DNA from: Pristiophorus japonicus
Lineage: Eukaryota
Assembly (NCBI RefSeq): GCF_044704955.1
Contig: NW_027254445.1
Location: 310,001 to 374,000 of the forward strand
DNA length: 64,000 nt
Reading direction: 5' to 3'
Shown: positions 37,001 to 50,669 of the stretch, piece after piece
Layout of the letters: each line of letters starts with the position of its first letter
How positions within the stretch are numbered: the first letter of the stretch is position 1
The notes under the pieces: model-generated
What the model saw: the letters and a program-made list of their open reading frames with translations, nothing else
Told to the model about the DNA's origin: nothing
Database searches by the model: none
Position numbers and translations under genes: made by a program

Positions 37001-40000
37001 GCATTTTAACAACCTGCTGCTGGGGGACAAGCGGTTCCAGGATTTGTTCCGTCGGTTCTGGTCCGACTGGAGAAGGAAGCAGGGGGGCTTCTCCTCCTTG
37101 AGGTTATGGTGGGACGTGGGCAAGGCTCACTTCCGTCTCTTCTGTCAAGAGTACGCGAAGGGGTCGACCAAGAGGCGGGAGGCCAGGGTGGGGCGCCTGG
37201 AGAAGGAGGTGCTCAACCTGGAGTCCCATCTCGGTCAAGTCGTGGAGGACCCGGCCCTGTAGACCGTGTACAAAGCGAAGAAGGCCGCGCTGAAGGACCT
37301 GCAGCTCATCGGGTCCCGAGGCACATTCGTGAGGTCACGTATCTGGTTCCTCCAGAACCTGGACCACGGCTCCCCCTTCTACTCGCTGGAAAAAAGACGA
37401 GGTCCGTAAGCAGCTCTTCACGCTGCTGGCCGACGACGGATCTCTGGTCTCAGATCCGGAGGGCATCAGCAACAGGGCCTGAGACTATTACGGGGCTCTG
37501 TTCTCCCCGGATCCGTCCAGCGAAGAAGCGTGTAGAGTTTTGTGGGAAGACCTGCCGAAGGTCGGGCTGGATGGTGCCGAGAATCTGGACAATCCGCTAG
37601 GCCTGGCGGAGCTGACCGGTGCCCTCGACCAGCTCTCGAGGGGAAAGTCCCTGGGGCTGGATGGGCTGACCGTGGAGTTCCACAGGGCATCCTTGGGGCC
37701 GACTACGTGCGGGTCCTGGGGGAAAGTCCGGTGACCGGGGAGATGCCCCTCTCTTGGTGCAGGGCAGTCATCGTCCTGCTGCCTATGAAGGGCGATCTCC
37801 GCCAACTTAAGAACTGGTGCCCGGTCTCCCTCCTCAGGACGGATTACAAAATTTTTGCCAGGGCTGTGTCTGCTCGCCTTGGGGCCGTGCTAGACCACAT
37901 GATCCACCCGACCAGTCCTGCACTGTCCCGGGCCGGGCAATCCACGATAACATCTATCTGGTCCAGGACCTGGTCCACCATTCCCAGGAGGCTGGTCTGT
38001 CGATTGCCTTCCTTTCCCTCGACAGGAGAAGGCGTTCGACAGGATGGATCACGAGTATCTGTTCGGAACTATGCACACTGTCAGGTTCGGGACGCATTTC
38101 GTTGCCTGGATCTGACTTTTGTATGTGGCCGCGGAGTGTCTGATTAAGGTTAATGGATCTTTGACGGCACCCCTTCGCTTTGGGAGAGGTGTGCGCCAGG
38201 GATGCCCCATGTCCAGCCAGTTATATGCCATATGAGTGGAGCCTTTCCTGCGCCTCTTGCGGAAGAGGTTGACGGGACTGGCTCTACAAGGGCCGGACGT
38301 GGAGGTCGTCCTCTCGGCTTACGCCGATGATCTGCTCCTCATGGTCGAGGATCCTATTGAACTACGGAGGATGCGTGAGTGCCAGGAGATTTACTCAGCC
38401 GCATCCTCCGCCAGGATCAACTGAGAGAAATGTTCCGGACTCCTGGTGGGTGAGTGGCAGGTGGACTCCCTGCCGGAGGAGCTCAGGACTTTTGCCTGGA
38501 GCACGACCCATCTCCTCTATCTGGGAGTCTACCTTAGCCTTGCCGAGGAAGCCTGGCCGGTGAACTGGCAAGAGCTGGAGGCCAAATTGCCACTTGCCGA
38601 GGGCGCTGGACAGGACTGCTCCGAGTGCTGTCCTACAGGGGTCGAGCGCTAGTCATAAACCAGCTGGTGGCCGCTATGCTGTGGTACTGGCTGGTCACTT
38701 TGACCCCTCCCCCTGCATTTGTCACTAAGATGCAGAAAAAGCTGGTGGACTTCTTCTGGAACAACAGGAAGCACTGGTTCTCTGCTGCGGTTCTGAGTCT
38801 CCTGCTGAAGGAGGGCAGGCATTGGTGTGCATCAGCACCCAGCACGCGACTTTCCATCTTCAGACCCTGCAGAGATAGCTGTATGTTGAGCCCCCTCCGA
38901 GGTGGTGTGTGCTGGCGATGTATTTCTTCCGCCAGCAGTACAGCCTCAATTATGATACGCAGTTCCTGTTTGTGAGCCTGGGGGGTGTCAGGACCACCAT
39001 GTGGGGGCTGCCCACCTTTTACCAGGAACTCATCAGGGTCTGGAACAGAGTCACCACCAAGCGCAGCTCTCCCCCGTCTGGAGTGGCGGCTGTCCTTTGG
39101 GAGCCGCTGCTCAGGAATCTGTACCTCCACCACCGCGGTTTTCGGTGGCAGGCGGACGAGAGGGCTGTGTCTGGCGAGGTGACCAGGGTCAGGGACCTGC
39201 TCGATGGCGAGGAGCGTGCTGGATGGTGCCTGAAGAGCTGGCACGGCACCTACCCTGGTCCAGCGTGTGGCCAATGCCATCGAGTCGCTAAAAACGGCAC
39301 TGGGCCCTGACTCCGTTAGGTGTGTCGAGGATGCTCAAGCACGAGGGGCGATCCCGTCCAAACTGACCCCCGTCCGGACGGAATTCCTCATCGGCACCAA
39401 GCCTCGAAACCTCCTTCAGGAGCCGGCGCCTCACAATTTGAGCCTCTTCCGGGAAATCCCCTCTGTGCCTTTCGGTTCTGCGCGGAGGGATTTCCTGTAT
39501 GGGCTGCTCCTGCACACTCTCTACCTTGCCATTCTCGTCTGCCGTCTGGACATGCAATGGTGCACCATCTTCCCGTCCGGATGAGGCGGGGGTCCCCAAT
39601 GGAGTGCACTCTATGCAGGAGTCCTCCCTTTATTTATTGGGGACTTGGCCTGGAGGGTGTTGCACAGAGCAGTCCCGTGCAATCGATTTTTAAGTCAGTT
39701 CACGGACTCCCAGGCCGCCTGTAATTTCTGCGGTCTGGAGGAGTCCGTGTTCCATATTTATATTGAGTGTGTGAGGTTGCAGGCCCTGTTCCAATATTTG
39801 AAGGGGCTGCTCCTCAAATTCTGGTTGCACTTCAGTCCTACAGTCCTGATCTTTGGGCACCTTGTGCAGAGGGGAGCGGGCAGGTCGGAGGGCCTCCTCA
39901 TAGGACTGCTCCTGGGCATGGCCAAGGAGACCATCAGCATGTCCAGGCAGCGGGCGGTCGACGGGGTCGTTCAGCCCGACTGCCTGCCTCTCTTCCGCGG

Positions 40001-40238
40001 TTACATCCGAGCCAGGGTGTCCCTGGAGATGGAGCACGCAGTGTCCACCGGTACGCTCACGGCCTTCCACAAGAGGTGGACCCCAGAGGAACTGGAGTGT
40101 ATCATCACCCCGAGCAACCAAATTTTAATTTGATCGTTAAAGTTTAAAAGTTAATTTGTTTAATTTGCCGCTTTTAGTATCCCCCGTTAACAAGGGTCAC
40201 TTGATTTATAGGTTCACAAAAATAATTGTGGAGCTGTT
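33310..40238 (+). mobile_element. Near full-length, decayed Tx1-clade non-LTR retrotransposon
   Basis: ORF1 remnants at about 34220-36263 with a CHAC..GH knuckle. ORF2 runs from ATG 36292 (MKITVASLNING, FLQETH, SDH) through RT (RQGCPMS, AYADD) to a C-terminal CNFC..ESVFH..C at 40133; many frameshifts. (CT)n at 33966-34023. Confidence 0.9.
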
Positions 40239-40519
40239 CCAGGAACTTGATTTAAAGTTTCTACTCAAAATAGTGTAGAGCTGTTGCATTGTGAGTGGCT
40301 TAGCCAGTCATGTGATGTTGACAAGACTCAATAAAACCCCAATCAGTTGGGCCCAGGTCATCCACGATGAGGTATGCAGTTGTGAGCCTCGTGGATGAAC
40401 TGGTAATGTGTAGTGGGATTGTTAAACCTTTGTTAATAAACCAACTAGTTCTTGATAGCAATGTGTTGCTATGAATTCTTAAAGCAAAGAACCCAAGAAG
40501 TAAATGCATTACAGAGGGG

Positions 40520-41128
40520 TTTAGCGAGGGAGCTCGAGGGAGTCGGGCTGAGGCAATGAAAGGCTTTTCCACCAATGGAGGGAGGGGAAGGGGGAGTGAA
40601 TGCACAGTTAAAGAAGCAAAGAGTGCCGGGGTTATCGGCCTGGAGGAGGTTACAGAAGGTTGGAGGTGGGACAAGGCCAGTCAGAGATTTGAAGCTGAGG
40701 ACAAGAGTTTATATTTAGTGCATTGAGGGACAGGGAGCCTCTGTACGATGACAGTGAGGAGGATTTCCTGTGGGACAGGATATGAGCGACTGTATTTTGG
40801 ACAAATCAGTCGAGTTCACTGAGGATGTGAGGCCAGCAATGAGAGCATTGGAGCCATCAAGACCAGAGGTGACAGGAGCATGGATAAGGATGTCAGTGTT
40901 GTAGGGTATCAGGTGTGACCTTGGGCAGGACCACTTCAATGCTGTGAGCTGGAATTGGACTGGACAGATTGGAACAGGCAGCATTGAGAGGGTTGGGCTT
41001 GGAGTTTAGGTGAAGATGGGTCAGCAGGCAGAGAGGACAGGCGGGTGGGTGGCTTGTTTGAGGAGGGGATTGATGACTGGTTTTGAATGTTTGAGGAAAG
41101 TCACTAGTAGTGTGAGCTACACAGTAAA
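40520..41128 (-). mobile_element. Old L2 LINE fragment (continues at about 43855-44030 beyond the Gypsy insertion)
   Basis: LIHAPVTSGLDGSNALIAGL resembles the L2 C-terminus LIHAFVTSRLD seen at about 60760. Confidence 0.6.
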
Positions 41129-43854
41129 TGTTATGTCTTTTTCGATGCTCTGATAATGACTCCACGAGGCAGTGTGTTGTACTTGAACTGTAGTGACCTT
41201 AGTCCTTTATTGATAACTCCAGCGTGAGGATTACACCTGGTGGCCTGCCTTTTATACTGGGCCAGGCACACCTGTACAGGTAACCTACAAGTCTCCCACT
41301 GCAGTGCCCTCTGGTGGCACACCTTGTAATAGTGCAAGCAGTAACCATGTAGGGTACATGACATCGCTCTCCCCCAAGCCTTTAGTGCAAATCGCCTCTG
41401 CATTGACTGTGCTCTGGGCTTAGCTCTATCTGGTTGACCCTTGGCGGGTCGTTTCTATTTTGGGTGAGTGGTTGGTGTTTCGTTGGCAGTAGAGTGCTGG
41501 TGGTTACTGTTTGTGTGTGTGTCCATGACCATTTCATTCTCCCCCCCCCACATATAGATTATGCCGGAGGTTCATTGCATTCATATACATTCAAGTCCAG
41601 AAAAACAAGTTTGCATTACATTTGAGGTGACACGCCATGGTGCACAACTCTGGCCCCAGGGACGCAGGCTACTACATTGGGTAGCTCACTGGACCTGTGT
41701 GCTCCCGATTGGTGTCTGCCCACTGCATTGGTTGAGTGCAGTTGAAATCCTACATCGCACAACGTTTCATTACTCATTATAAATAACTTGTAGCTCCGAT
41801 CGTGATCACGCACCTTTTCTTTGTTTATTGCATGTACACAACGCTGATCATCAATTTCACATCTTGCATCTGGCTCACCGTTGACTTTACATTGTTTGAA
41901 AATGTGGAACAGTCCCTTTAAGTGTGGTGGGTTGCAGGCCTCCTTTAAGAGAGCTTTGCCATCTTTACCCCAATCCTCTTCTCTGGTGCCACGTGTTGCT
42001 CCATCAGCGCAGCACCTCGTGGTCTGGCCGTCGCCATCTTTTTCTTCGGTGCATCACCTCGTGGTTTGGGCGCCATCTTCCCTCCATCCACGATGTCGAC
42101 TGCGGTGATCCTCTTCTTCCCGGGATCTGCCACCGAAGCTGGGAAGTCGCCTTCGGATCCAATTTTCTTCCTCCGGAGTCCTGCCACTGGAGCCTGGAAG
42201 GTGTGTTCGGGTTGTCTCAGCTGGATCATCTCCACATGCTGAGCGGTCTGTGCCTCGGGTGCTGTGCTGGTCTGCTTGCTGATGCCGGGTCCACCCTCAA
42301 GTGAGGGCTTGCTGTGCCTCCGAGCGCGGAGGATGTCGATTGCTGGAGGGATGAAGTCCTCCCACTTGCAATGGATCTTCTCCATCCACCTTCTTCCGAG
42401 TAGCATTGGTGCATCACCTGCAACAATCCACAGAGGTAACTTGTGCACCACGCCATCATGGAGTACCTTTACATTCGCAGTACCAACAACTGGGATAAGT
42501 TCATCGGTGCAGGTGCGCAGCTTTGCCTGAACCAGGACCAACTTGGTTCATTCAGCCTGATTGTCCCATAACCTCTCAAAGGTTTCTTGATTCATTACTG
42601 ACTGGCTCGCCCCTGTGTCCACTTCCATGAAGACTGGAACACCATCTATCTCAACTTCCATCCTCAATGGGGAACCTTCGGTGATGTAGGTAAACGTGCT
42701 ATACAGCTCATCATGGGGCTAAGCTGCCTCTCTGCCTATCGTTTCATAATCTACGCTGGATTCATGGCCATCTGCAGACTCTTCATCGACACAGTGAGTC
42801 ATATTTCTCTTACACATTCGCTTGAGGTGGCCCTTTGTGCTGCAGCCTTTACACACAGTCTTTAAAACGGCACTGGTGAGCCCTGTGATTCCCTCCACAA
42901 CGCCAGAATGGAGCTACTCGGTTAGTGCCCCTCGGCGAACTCTGAGTTAAGGGCCTCAGGGGTCTGTTCTCTCTTCCCTGAGAAGGTTCACGTTCTACAG
43001 TCCAGCCTCTAAAAGACGCCACTCTGTGCATAGTACTTGCAGGGTTTGAGTCCTGAGGATGGGCCATCTGCCTAGAAACGCAGGTCGAGGTCATGAATGT
43101 CTGGCTCACAGAGATGGCCTTCTGCAGTGTGACTGTGGTATCCGCAGACAGTAGCTAATGAAGAAGGCTCTCATGGCCGATTCCAATGACAAAAATGTCT
43201 CGCAGCGCTTCAGTGATGTGGTCGCCAAAATCACACGGTGCCACCAGCCTCCTGAGGTCTGCAGCATATTTTGCAATTTCTTGGCCGTCGGTGGGTGCTG
43301 AACCAGTGTCTGGCTGTGAGGATGCTCTCCTTGGGCTTCAGTTGCTCTTGGATCAGCGTTACAAGCTCCTTGTACGTCTTGGTCGTTGTCTTCGCTGGTG
43401 CCAGCAAGTCCCTGACGAGGTCATAGATGATGGGCCCACAACTGGTTAGCAGGATAGCTCTGCACTTATCAGCCAGTGTGGCCGGGTTTCTCCTGCCAGG
43501 TCTTTGCTGTGAAGAAATGATCGAGCCTCTCCACAAAGACATCCCAATCATCAGCATCGGCAAACTGCTGCAATGTACCAAGGGTAGCCATTTTCACGTG
43601 AAGGTTCCTAATCTCGTCGCCAATTGTTGTCTTTAGATACGCTGACAATGATTGCATGAGGCAATGTGTTGTACTTGAACTGTAGTGACCTTAGTCCTTT
43701 ATTGGTAACTCCAGAGTGAGGATCACACCTGGTGATCTGCCTTTTATACTAGGTCAGGCACACCTGTACAGGGAACCTGCAAGTCTCCCATTGCGGTGAC
43801 CTCTGGTGGCACACCTTGTAATAGTGTAAGCAGTAACATGTCAGACACATGACA
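41129..43854 (-). mobile_element. Non-autonomous/internally deleted Gypsy element (gag and protease only)
   Basis: LTRs at 43625-43854 and 41129-41363; near-TSD GTAAA/GTAAG; PBS TGGCGACGAG; PPT. Gag (LLTSCGP, WRCGGNH) and protease (MEVDTGA) are present; no RT, RNaseH or IN. Confidence 0.85.
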
Positions 43855-44203
43855 GTAAGGGATAAAGAGGAGTCAGGAGGTGTATGGAGAAGAAATCACT
43901 TGGCCAGGGTGTGAGCATCATTTGGGAAATAAGTGAAGAGAAGGCATGGGAGGGAGATTGGGGAAAATCTGCAGTGATGGGGATCAGGGAGGAAGACTCG
44001 GGGAGGTTGTGGAGGAAGTGGCAGAGGCAGCTGTATGCATGAAGCAAAGAAATCCTGGAGCTTTTCATATCAGGCCATATAATGATCAGTTGTTTAGAAT
44101 TTACTGAAGCTCAGGTGAGCTGCCTGCAGTTTTCATTGAAACATTTCAGACATTTATCAACCTTCAGACCGGTTTTTAAGTGATTGATATTTTCCCATTA
44201 AAG

Positions 44204-44548
44204 GTGCAGTTGTCCCTGTCCTGACCCAGTCTCCGAGCCTGGAACGTGTCACAGAGGGTCACACGGCGAGGTTACAGTGCACCATGCGGAACGCCAGAGT
44301 GAGTGACACCGATGTCCACTGGTACCGGCAACTACCGGGGCAAGATATGGAGTGGGTTTTAACACATGAGGCAAGTGGCAGCACACGAGGGAGCCCAGGT
44401 TCCACTGACCGTCTCCAGCCTTCCAGAGACACCTCCAATAACAGCTTCATTCTGACAGTCACAGACGTGCAGCCCAGTGACACTGCCGCCTATTACTGTA
44501 AAGTGTGGGGCGATATCAGCGGGAACGGAACCCAGCTCAATGTAACCA
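44204..44548 (+). CDS. Exon V2: VJ-type Ig V-set domain
   Basis: Acceptor tttcccattaaAG|, donor ACC A|GTAAGT, phase 1-1, 345 bp. AVVPVLTQSPSLERVTEGHTARLQC...DVHWYRQLPGQDMEWV...DRLQPSRDTSNNSFILTVTDVQPSDTAAYYCKVWGDISGNGTQLNVT. Confidence 0.93.
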
Positions 44549-45164
44549 GTAAGTATAAGTTACATTTGGTTTTATTCATAATAGCATTACTACAGAGAGG
44601 GTAATTTTACAACAATACACTCCCAGTCGAGAGGCACACACACACTGGGAGCATGGACTGGAGAATTGGGGCTGTGATGTTGTGGCCCTATATCTGACCC
44701 ACATTCCATGGGACTGTAGCTTCTCACTGGGAGCACGGCATTGTGGGATCCCTCTTATACACACTTCACTTCTCAATAGAACACAGGAGCTTCCCAAACT
44801 TGATGGAAATATATTGTTTCGCCTAAAGTGTGATTTCACTTATACTGACAGGGATTAGGAATTCTAAGGCGATTTGATTCTTTTAAAATTCAACATTACT
44901 AAACGTTAAAGTGCCAGTAATCCGTCACAGTGCAACTCAGCAGCAGATAGTTTTGCAATAATTTCTCACATTTATCTGCACCTATTTTCTCCTCGTGATG
45001 GTCCAGTCCACAGGCCCTGACTCCTTGCCCAAGTTACCATTCACACCCACACATATCCCCATCAGTGTTACCCTGCATTTGCTTTTTGATGCGTGGTCCC
45101 TTTAACGGGCGGCGCGGCCCATTCAAAGTTTCACATCGGGAAAGCTGAACCCGGGCTGTGCTGA

Positions 45165-45725
45165 TCTCCCCCTCCCCCACGTCCCCCACCCCCCCACATC
45201 CCCCCACCACATCACCCCTCCCCCTCCCCCACGTCCCCCCCACCCACATCACCCCTCCCCCTCCCCCACGTCCCCTCCCCCATCCAATCACCCCTCCCCC
45301 TCCCCCACGTCCCCTCCCCCACACACATCACCCCTCCCCCTCCCCCACGTCCTCTCCCCCACCCACATCACCCCTCCCCCACGTCGTCCCCCACCCACAT
45401 CACCCCTCCCCCACGTCCCCCCCCAACCACATCACCCCTCCCCCTCCCCACGTCCCTTCTCCCTCCCCCACGTCCCCTCCCCCACGTCCCCTCCCCCTCC
45501 CCCACGTCCCCTCCCCCTCCCTCACGTCCCCTCCCCCACCAACGCCCCCTCTCCCCCACCCACATCCTGCTCCCCCACGTCCCCTCCCCAACCCACTTCC
45601 CCCCTCCCCCACCCACATCCCCCCTCCCCCACGTCTCCTCCCCCACCCACATCCCCCCTCCCCCACCCACATCCCCATGTCTCCGCACATCCCCTCCCCT
45701 CCCCCACCCACATATCCCTCCCTTA
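45165..45725. repeat. C-rich low-complexity tract
   Basis: Degenerate cccctcccccacgt/cccacatca units. Confidence 0.9.
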
Positions 45726-46099
45726 CCCTCGATTTAATTCCTAAGTTGATTTTTATGCTGCTCCTTTCCGCTCCCGACAGGATTTGTTCATTCTTTGTAA
45801 ATTCACCTGAAATAATGATTTGTGGTTAATTCTATAAAAATTGTTTGGCTGGATTTGCGATGTTCTGGGCAGAGGATGTGTTCCCCCTCGCACCAAGTGC
45901 AGTTATTGAAGTAGGGCAGGGATGACCATCACTGGTATAACATTGAGACAAACACCATGCGCTGTATATTTTAGGTACTTGCTGTCTCACAATACAAGCT
46001 GTTCTCGCTCCACAGTCCCATTGACCAGTTTTATGCTCCGACTTCCTTCTGTTTGAATCAAACTTTGATAAAGTTTACACTTGTATTATCCAAGCTTTT

Positions 46100-46990
46100 A
46101 TATAAATCTTACAGCACAGAAAGAGGCCATTCGGCCCATCGTGCCCATGCTGGCTCTTTGAAAGAACGATCCAATTGTTCCCACTGCCCCTGCTCTTTCC
46201 CCACAGCCCTGCAATTTTATTCCTTTTCAAATATTTATCCAATTCCATTTTGAAAGTTACTATTGAATCTTCCACCGCCCTTTCAGGCAGCGCATTCCAG
46301 ATCACAGCAACTCGCTGCGTAAAAAGGAATTCTCATCTCTTTCCCCCCTCCCCCCTGGTACTTTTGTTAATTATCGTCAATCTGTGTGCTCTGGTTACTG
46401 ATCCTCCCCACACTGGAAACATTTCATCCTCATTTACTCCAGCAAAACCCCTCAGAATTTTGAACGCCTCGATTAAATCCCCCTGTGACTTCACTGCTCT
46501 AAGGAGAACAATCCTAACTTCTTCAGTCTCTCCACATAACTGAAGTCCCTCATCTCTGGTCTCATTCTAGTAAATTTCCTCTGCACCCTCACCAAGGCCT
46601 TGACATTGTTCCTAAAGTGTGGTGCCCAGAATTGGACACAATAGTCCAGCTGAGGTCTAACCAGTGATGTATGGAGGTTTAGCATCACTTCCTTGCTTTT
46701 GTACTCTACACCTCGATTTATAAACCCAGGGTTTTTTAGCTCTTTTAAAGCCTCATCAACTTGTCCTGCCACTATGAAGATTTGTATGTGAACCTCCAGG
46801 GCTCCCTGTTCCTGCACCCACTTTATAATTGCACCATTTAGTTCATATTACCGTTCCTCATTTTTCCTTCCAAAATGCATCACTTCACACTTCTCTGCAT
46901 TAAATTGCATCTGCCATGTATCTGCTCATTTCACCAGTCCTCCTGGAGGCTGCTGCTTTCCTCCTCATCTGCAAACTTTGAAATTATGCC
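46100..46990 (-). mobile_element. Old CR1 3' fragment
   Basis: LVRPQLDYCVQFWAP; WNALPERAVE. Confidence 0.8.
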
Positions 46991-47099
46991 CTCTATACCC
47001 CAGTCTATTTTCAGCATTTAAAAAACCTGCTTCATGTCCTCTCTCAATGAAATATCCCTGCTCCAGTGAGAACTAATCTAATTCTATCATCACACTTCT

Positions 47100-50000
47100 A
47101 CACAGGGTATGGTGAGGCCACACCTGGAGTACTGCGTGCAGTTTTAGTCTCCGTATTTACGGAAGGATAGACTTGCATTGGAGGCTGTTCTGAGAAGGTT
47201 CACCAGGTTGATTCCGGAGATGGGCAGGAAAGTGGAGCTGAGTCCATGATCGGATTAGCCATGATCTTATTGAATGGCGGAGCAGGCTCGAGGAGCCAAA
47301 TGGCCTACTCCTCCTCCTACATAAGAACAGAAGAACATAAGAATTAGGAACAGGAGTAGGCCATCTAGCCCCTCGAGCCTGCTCCGCCATTCAACAAGAT
47401 CATGGCTGATCTGGCCGTGGACTCAGCTCCACTTACCTGCCCGCTCCCCATAACCCTTAATTCCCTTATTGGTTAAAAATCTATCCATCTGTGACTTGAA
47501 TACATTCAATGAGCTAGCCTCAACTGCTTCCTTGGGCAGAGAATTCCACAGATTCACAACCCTTGGGAGAAGAAATTCCTTCTCAACTCGGTTTTAAATT
47601 TGCTCCCCCGTATTTTGAGGCTGTGCCCCCTAGTTCTAGTCTCCCCGAACCTCTCTGCCTCTATCTTGTCTATCCCTTTCATTATTTTAAATGTTTCTAA
47701 TAAGATCACCCCTCATCCTTCTGAACTCCAACGAGTAAAGACCCAGTCTACTCAATCTATCATCATAAGGTAACTCCCTCATCTCCGGAATCAGCCGAGT
47801 GAATCGTCTCTGCACCCGCTTCAAGCTAGTAAATCCTTCCTTTAGTAAGGTGACCAAAACTGCACGCAGTACTCCAGGTGCGGCCTCACCAATACCCTAT
47901 ACAGTTGCAGAAGGACCTCCCTGCTTTTGTACTCCATCCCTCTCGCAATGAAGGCCAACATTCCATTCGCCTTCCTGATTACCTGCTGCACCTGCAAACT
48001 AACTTTTTGGGATCCATGCACAGGACCCCCAGGTCCCTCTGCCTAACAGCATGTTGTAATTTCTCCCCATTCAAATAATATTCCCTTTTACTGTTTTTGT
48101 TCCCAAGGTGGATGACCTCACACTTTCCGACATTGTATTCCATCTGCCAAAGCTTAGCCCATTCGCTTAACCTATCTAAATCTCTTTGCAGCCTCTCTGT
48201 GTCCTCTACACAACCGCTTTCCCACTAATCTTTGTGTCATCTGCAAATTTTGTTGCACTACACTCTGTCCTCTCTTCCAGGTCATCTATGTATATTGTAA
48301 ACAGTTGTGGTCCCAGCACCGATCCCTGTGGCACACCACTAACATCGATTTCCAACCTGAAAAGGACCCATTTATCTCGACTCTCTGCTTTCTGTTAGCC
48401 AGCCAATTCTCGATCCATGCTCATACATTTCATCTCACTCCGCGTACCTTTATCTTCTACAGTAACCTTTTGTGTTGCACCTTATCGAATGCCTTTTGAA
48501 AATCTAAATACACCACATCCATCGGTACACCTCTATCCACCATGCTCGTTATATCCTCAAAGAATTCCAGTAAATTAGTTAAACATGATTTCCCCTTCAT
48601 GAATCCATGTTGTGTCTGCTTGATTGCACTACTCCTATGTAGATGTCCTGCTATTTCTTCCTTAAAGATAGTTTCAAGCATTTTCCCCACTACAGATGTT
48701 AAACTAACCGGCCTATAGTTACCTGCCTTTTGTCTGCCCCCTTTTTTAAACAGAGGCGTTACATTAGCTGCTTTCCAATCCGCTGGTACCTCCCCAGAGT
48801 CCAGAGAATTTTGGTAGATTATAACGAATGCATCTGCTATAACTTCCGCCATCTCTTTTAATACCCTGGGATGCATTTCATCAGGACCAGGGGACTTGTC
48901 TACCTTGAGTCCCATTAGCCTGTCCAGCACTACCCCCCTCGTGATAGTGATTGTCTCAAGGCCTCCCTTCCCACATTCCCGTGACCAGCAATTTTTGGCA
49001 TGGTTTTTGTGTCTTCCACTGTGAAGACCGAAGCAAAATAATTATTTAAAGTCTCAGCCATTTCCACATTTCCCATTATTAAATCCCCCTTCTCATCTTC
49101 TAAGGGACCAGCATTTACTTTTGTCACTCTTTTCCGTTTTATATATCTGTAAAAGCTTTTACTATCCGTTTTTATGTTTTGCGCAAGTTTACCTTCGTAA
49201 TCTATCTTTCCTTTCTTTATTGCTTTCTTAGTCATTCTTTGCTGTCGTTTAAAATTTTCCCAATCTTCTAGTTTCCCACTAACCTTGGCCACCTTATACG
49301 CATTGGTTTTTAATTTGATACTCTCCTTTATTTCCTTGGTTATCCACGGCTGGTTATCCCTTCTCTTACTGCCCTTCTTTTTCACTGGAACATATTTTTG
49401 TTGAGCACTATGAAAGAGCTCCTTAAAAGTCCTCCACTGTTCCTCAATTGTGCCACCATTTAGTCTGTGTTTCCAGTCTACTTTAGCCAACTCTGCCCTC
49501 ATCCCACTGTAGTCCCCTTTGTTTAAGCATAGTACGCTCGTTTGAGACACTACTTCCTCACCCTCAATCTGTATTACAAATTCAATCATACTGTGATCAC
49601 TCGTTCCGCGAGGATCTTTTACGAGGAGATCATTTATTATTCCTGTCTCATTACACAGGACCAGATCTAAGATAGCTTGCTCCCTTGTAGGTTCTGTATC
49701 ATACTGTTCTCAGAAACAATCCCATATGCATTCTATGAATTCCTCCTCCAGGCTACCCCGTGCGATTTGATTTAACCAATCGATCAGTAGGTTAAAATCC
49801 CCCATGATTACTGCCATTCCTTTTTCACATGCCTCCATTATTCCCTTGATTATTGCCTGCCCCACCGTGAAGTTATTATTTGGGGGCCTATAAGTGACTT
49901 TTTCCCCTTACTATCTCTAATCTCCACCCACAATGATTCAACATTTTGTTCATCAGAGCCAATATCGTCTCTCACAACTGCCCTGATATCATCCTTTATT

Positions 50001-50512
50001 AACAGAGCTACCCCACCTCCTTTCCCTTCTTGTCTATCTTTCCGAATCGTCAGATACCCCTGTATGTTTAATTCCCAGTCTTGGTCTTGCAACCACATTT
50101 CTGTATTGGCCACCAAATCATACCCATTTGTAATGATTTGTGCCGTCAACTCATTTACTTTATTTCGAATGCTGCGTGCTTTTAGGTAGACTGTTTTAAG
50201 ACTAGTTTTTAAAACATGATTTTTAGTTTTGACCCTTCCTCCAGCCCCTTTATATTCAGTGGCCCTTTTTGTTTTTTGCCTTGAATTTCTCTGCCCTCCA
50301 CTTTTACTCATCTCCTTTCTGTCTTTTGCTTTTGTCTCCTTTTTGTTTCCCTCTGTCTCCCTGCATTGGTTCCCATCCCCCGCCATATTAGTTTAACTCC
50401 TCCCCAACAGCACGAGCAAACACTCCCCCTCGGACATTGGTTCCGGTCCTGCCTATGTGCAGACCGTCTGGTTTGTACTGGTCCCACCTCCCCCAGAACC
50501 TGTTCCAATGTC
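47100..50512 (-). mobile_element. Decayed CR1 (47320-50512, ORF1 end to tail) plus a small opposite-strand CR1 piece (47100-47320)
   Basis: ORFs 48457-48930, 48930-49589 and 49850-50386 are CR1 ORF2 pieces; tail acataagaac. Confidence 0.9.
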
Positions 50513-50669
50513 CGTAACTTCTTATGTTCTTATCCACAGCTCTCGGCCACTCTGCTGCTATAACTCTGCCTGGAGTGCATGGGAGGGCTGCAAATTATTC
50601 CTGGACCCGGATATGCCTGGTCCCAGCCTTCCATTGGCCTTTTGGAGGCATCAGGGATAGACACTAAGA

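Larger units (their letters stand above)
32996..40513 (+). mobile_element. LTR-like element (TGTAATG...CATTACA) split by Tx1 insertions: parts 32996-33035 and about 40279-40513
   Basis: Perfect 7-bp inverted termini, AATAAA motifs in the right part, and AGCTGTTG at both junctions. No TSD seen. Confidence 0.6.

Noticed and set aside
44082-44120. Possible leader exon upstream of V2 (ATG...CAG|GTGAGC)
   Set aside because: It encodes MISCLEFTEAQ, which is not hydrophobic, and ends in phase 0 while V2 needs phase 1.
45158-45829. Proline-rich 223-aa ORF
   Set aside because: Translation of a C-rich low-complexity tract.
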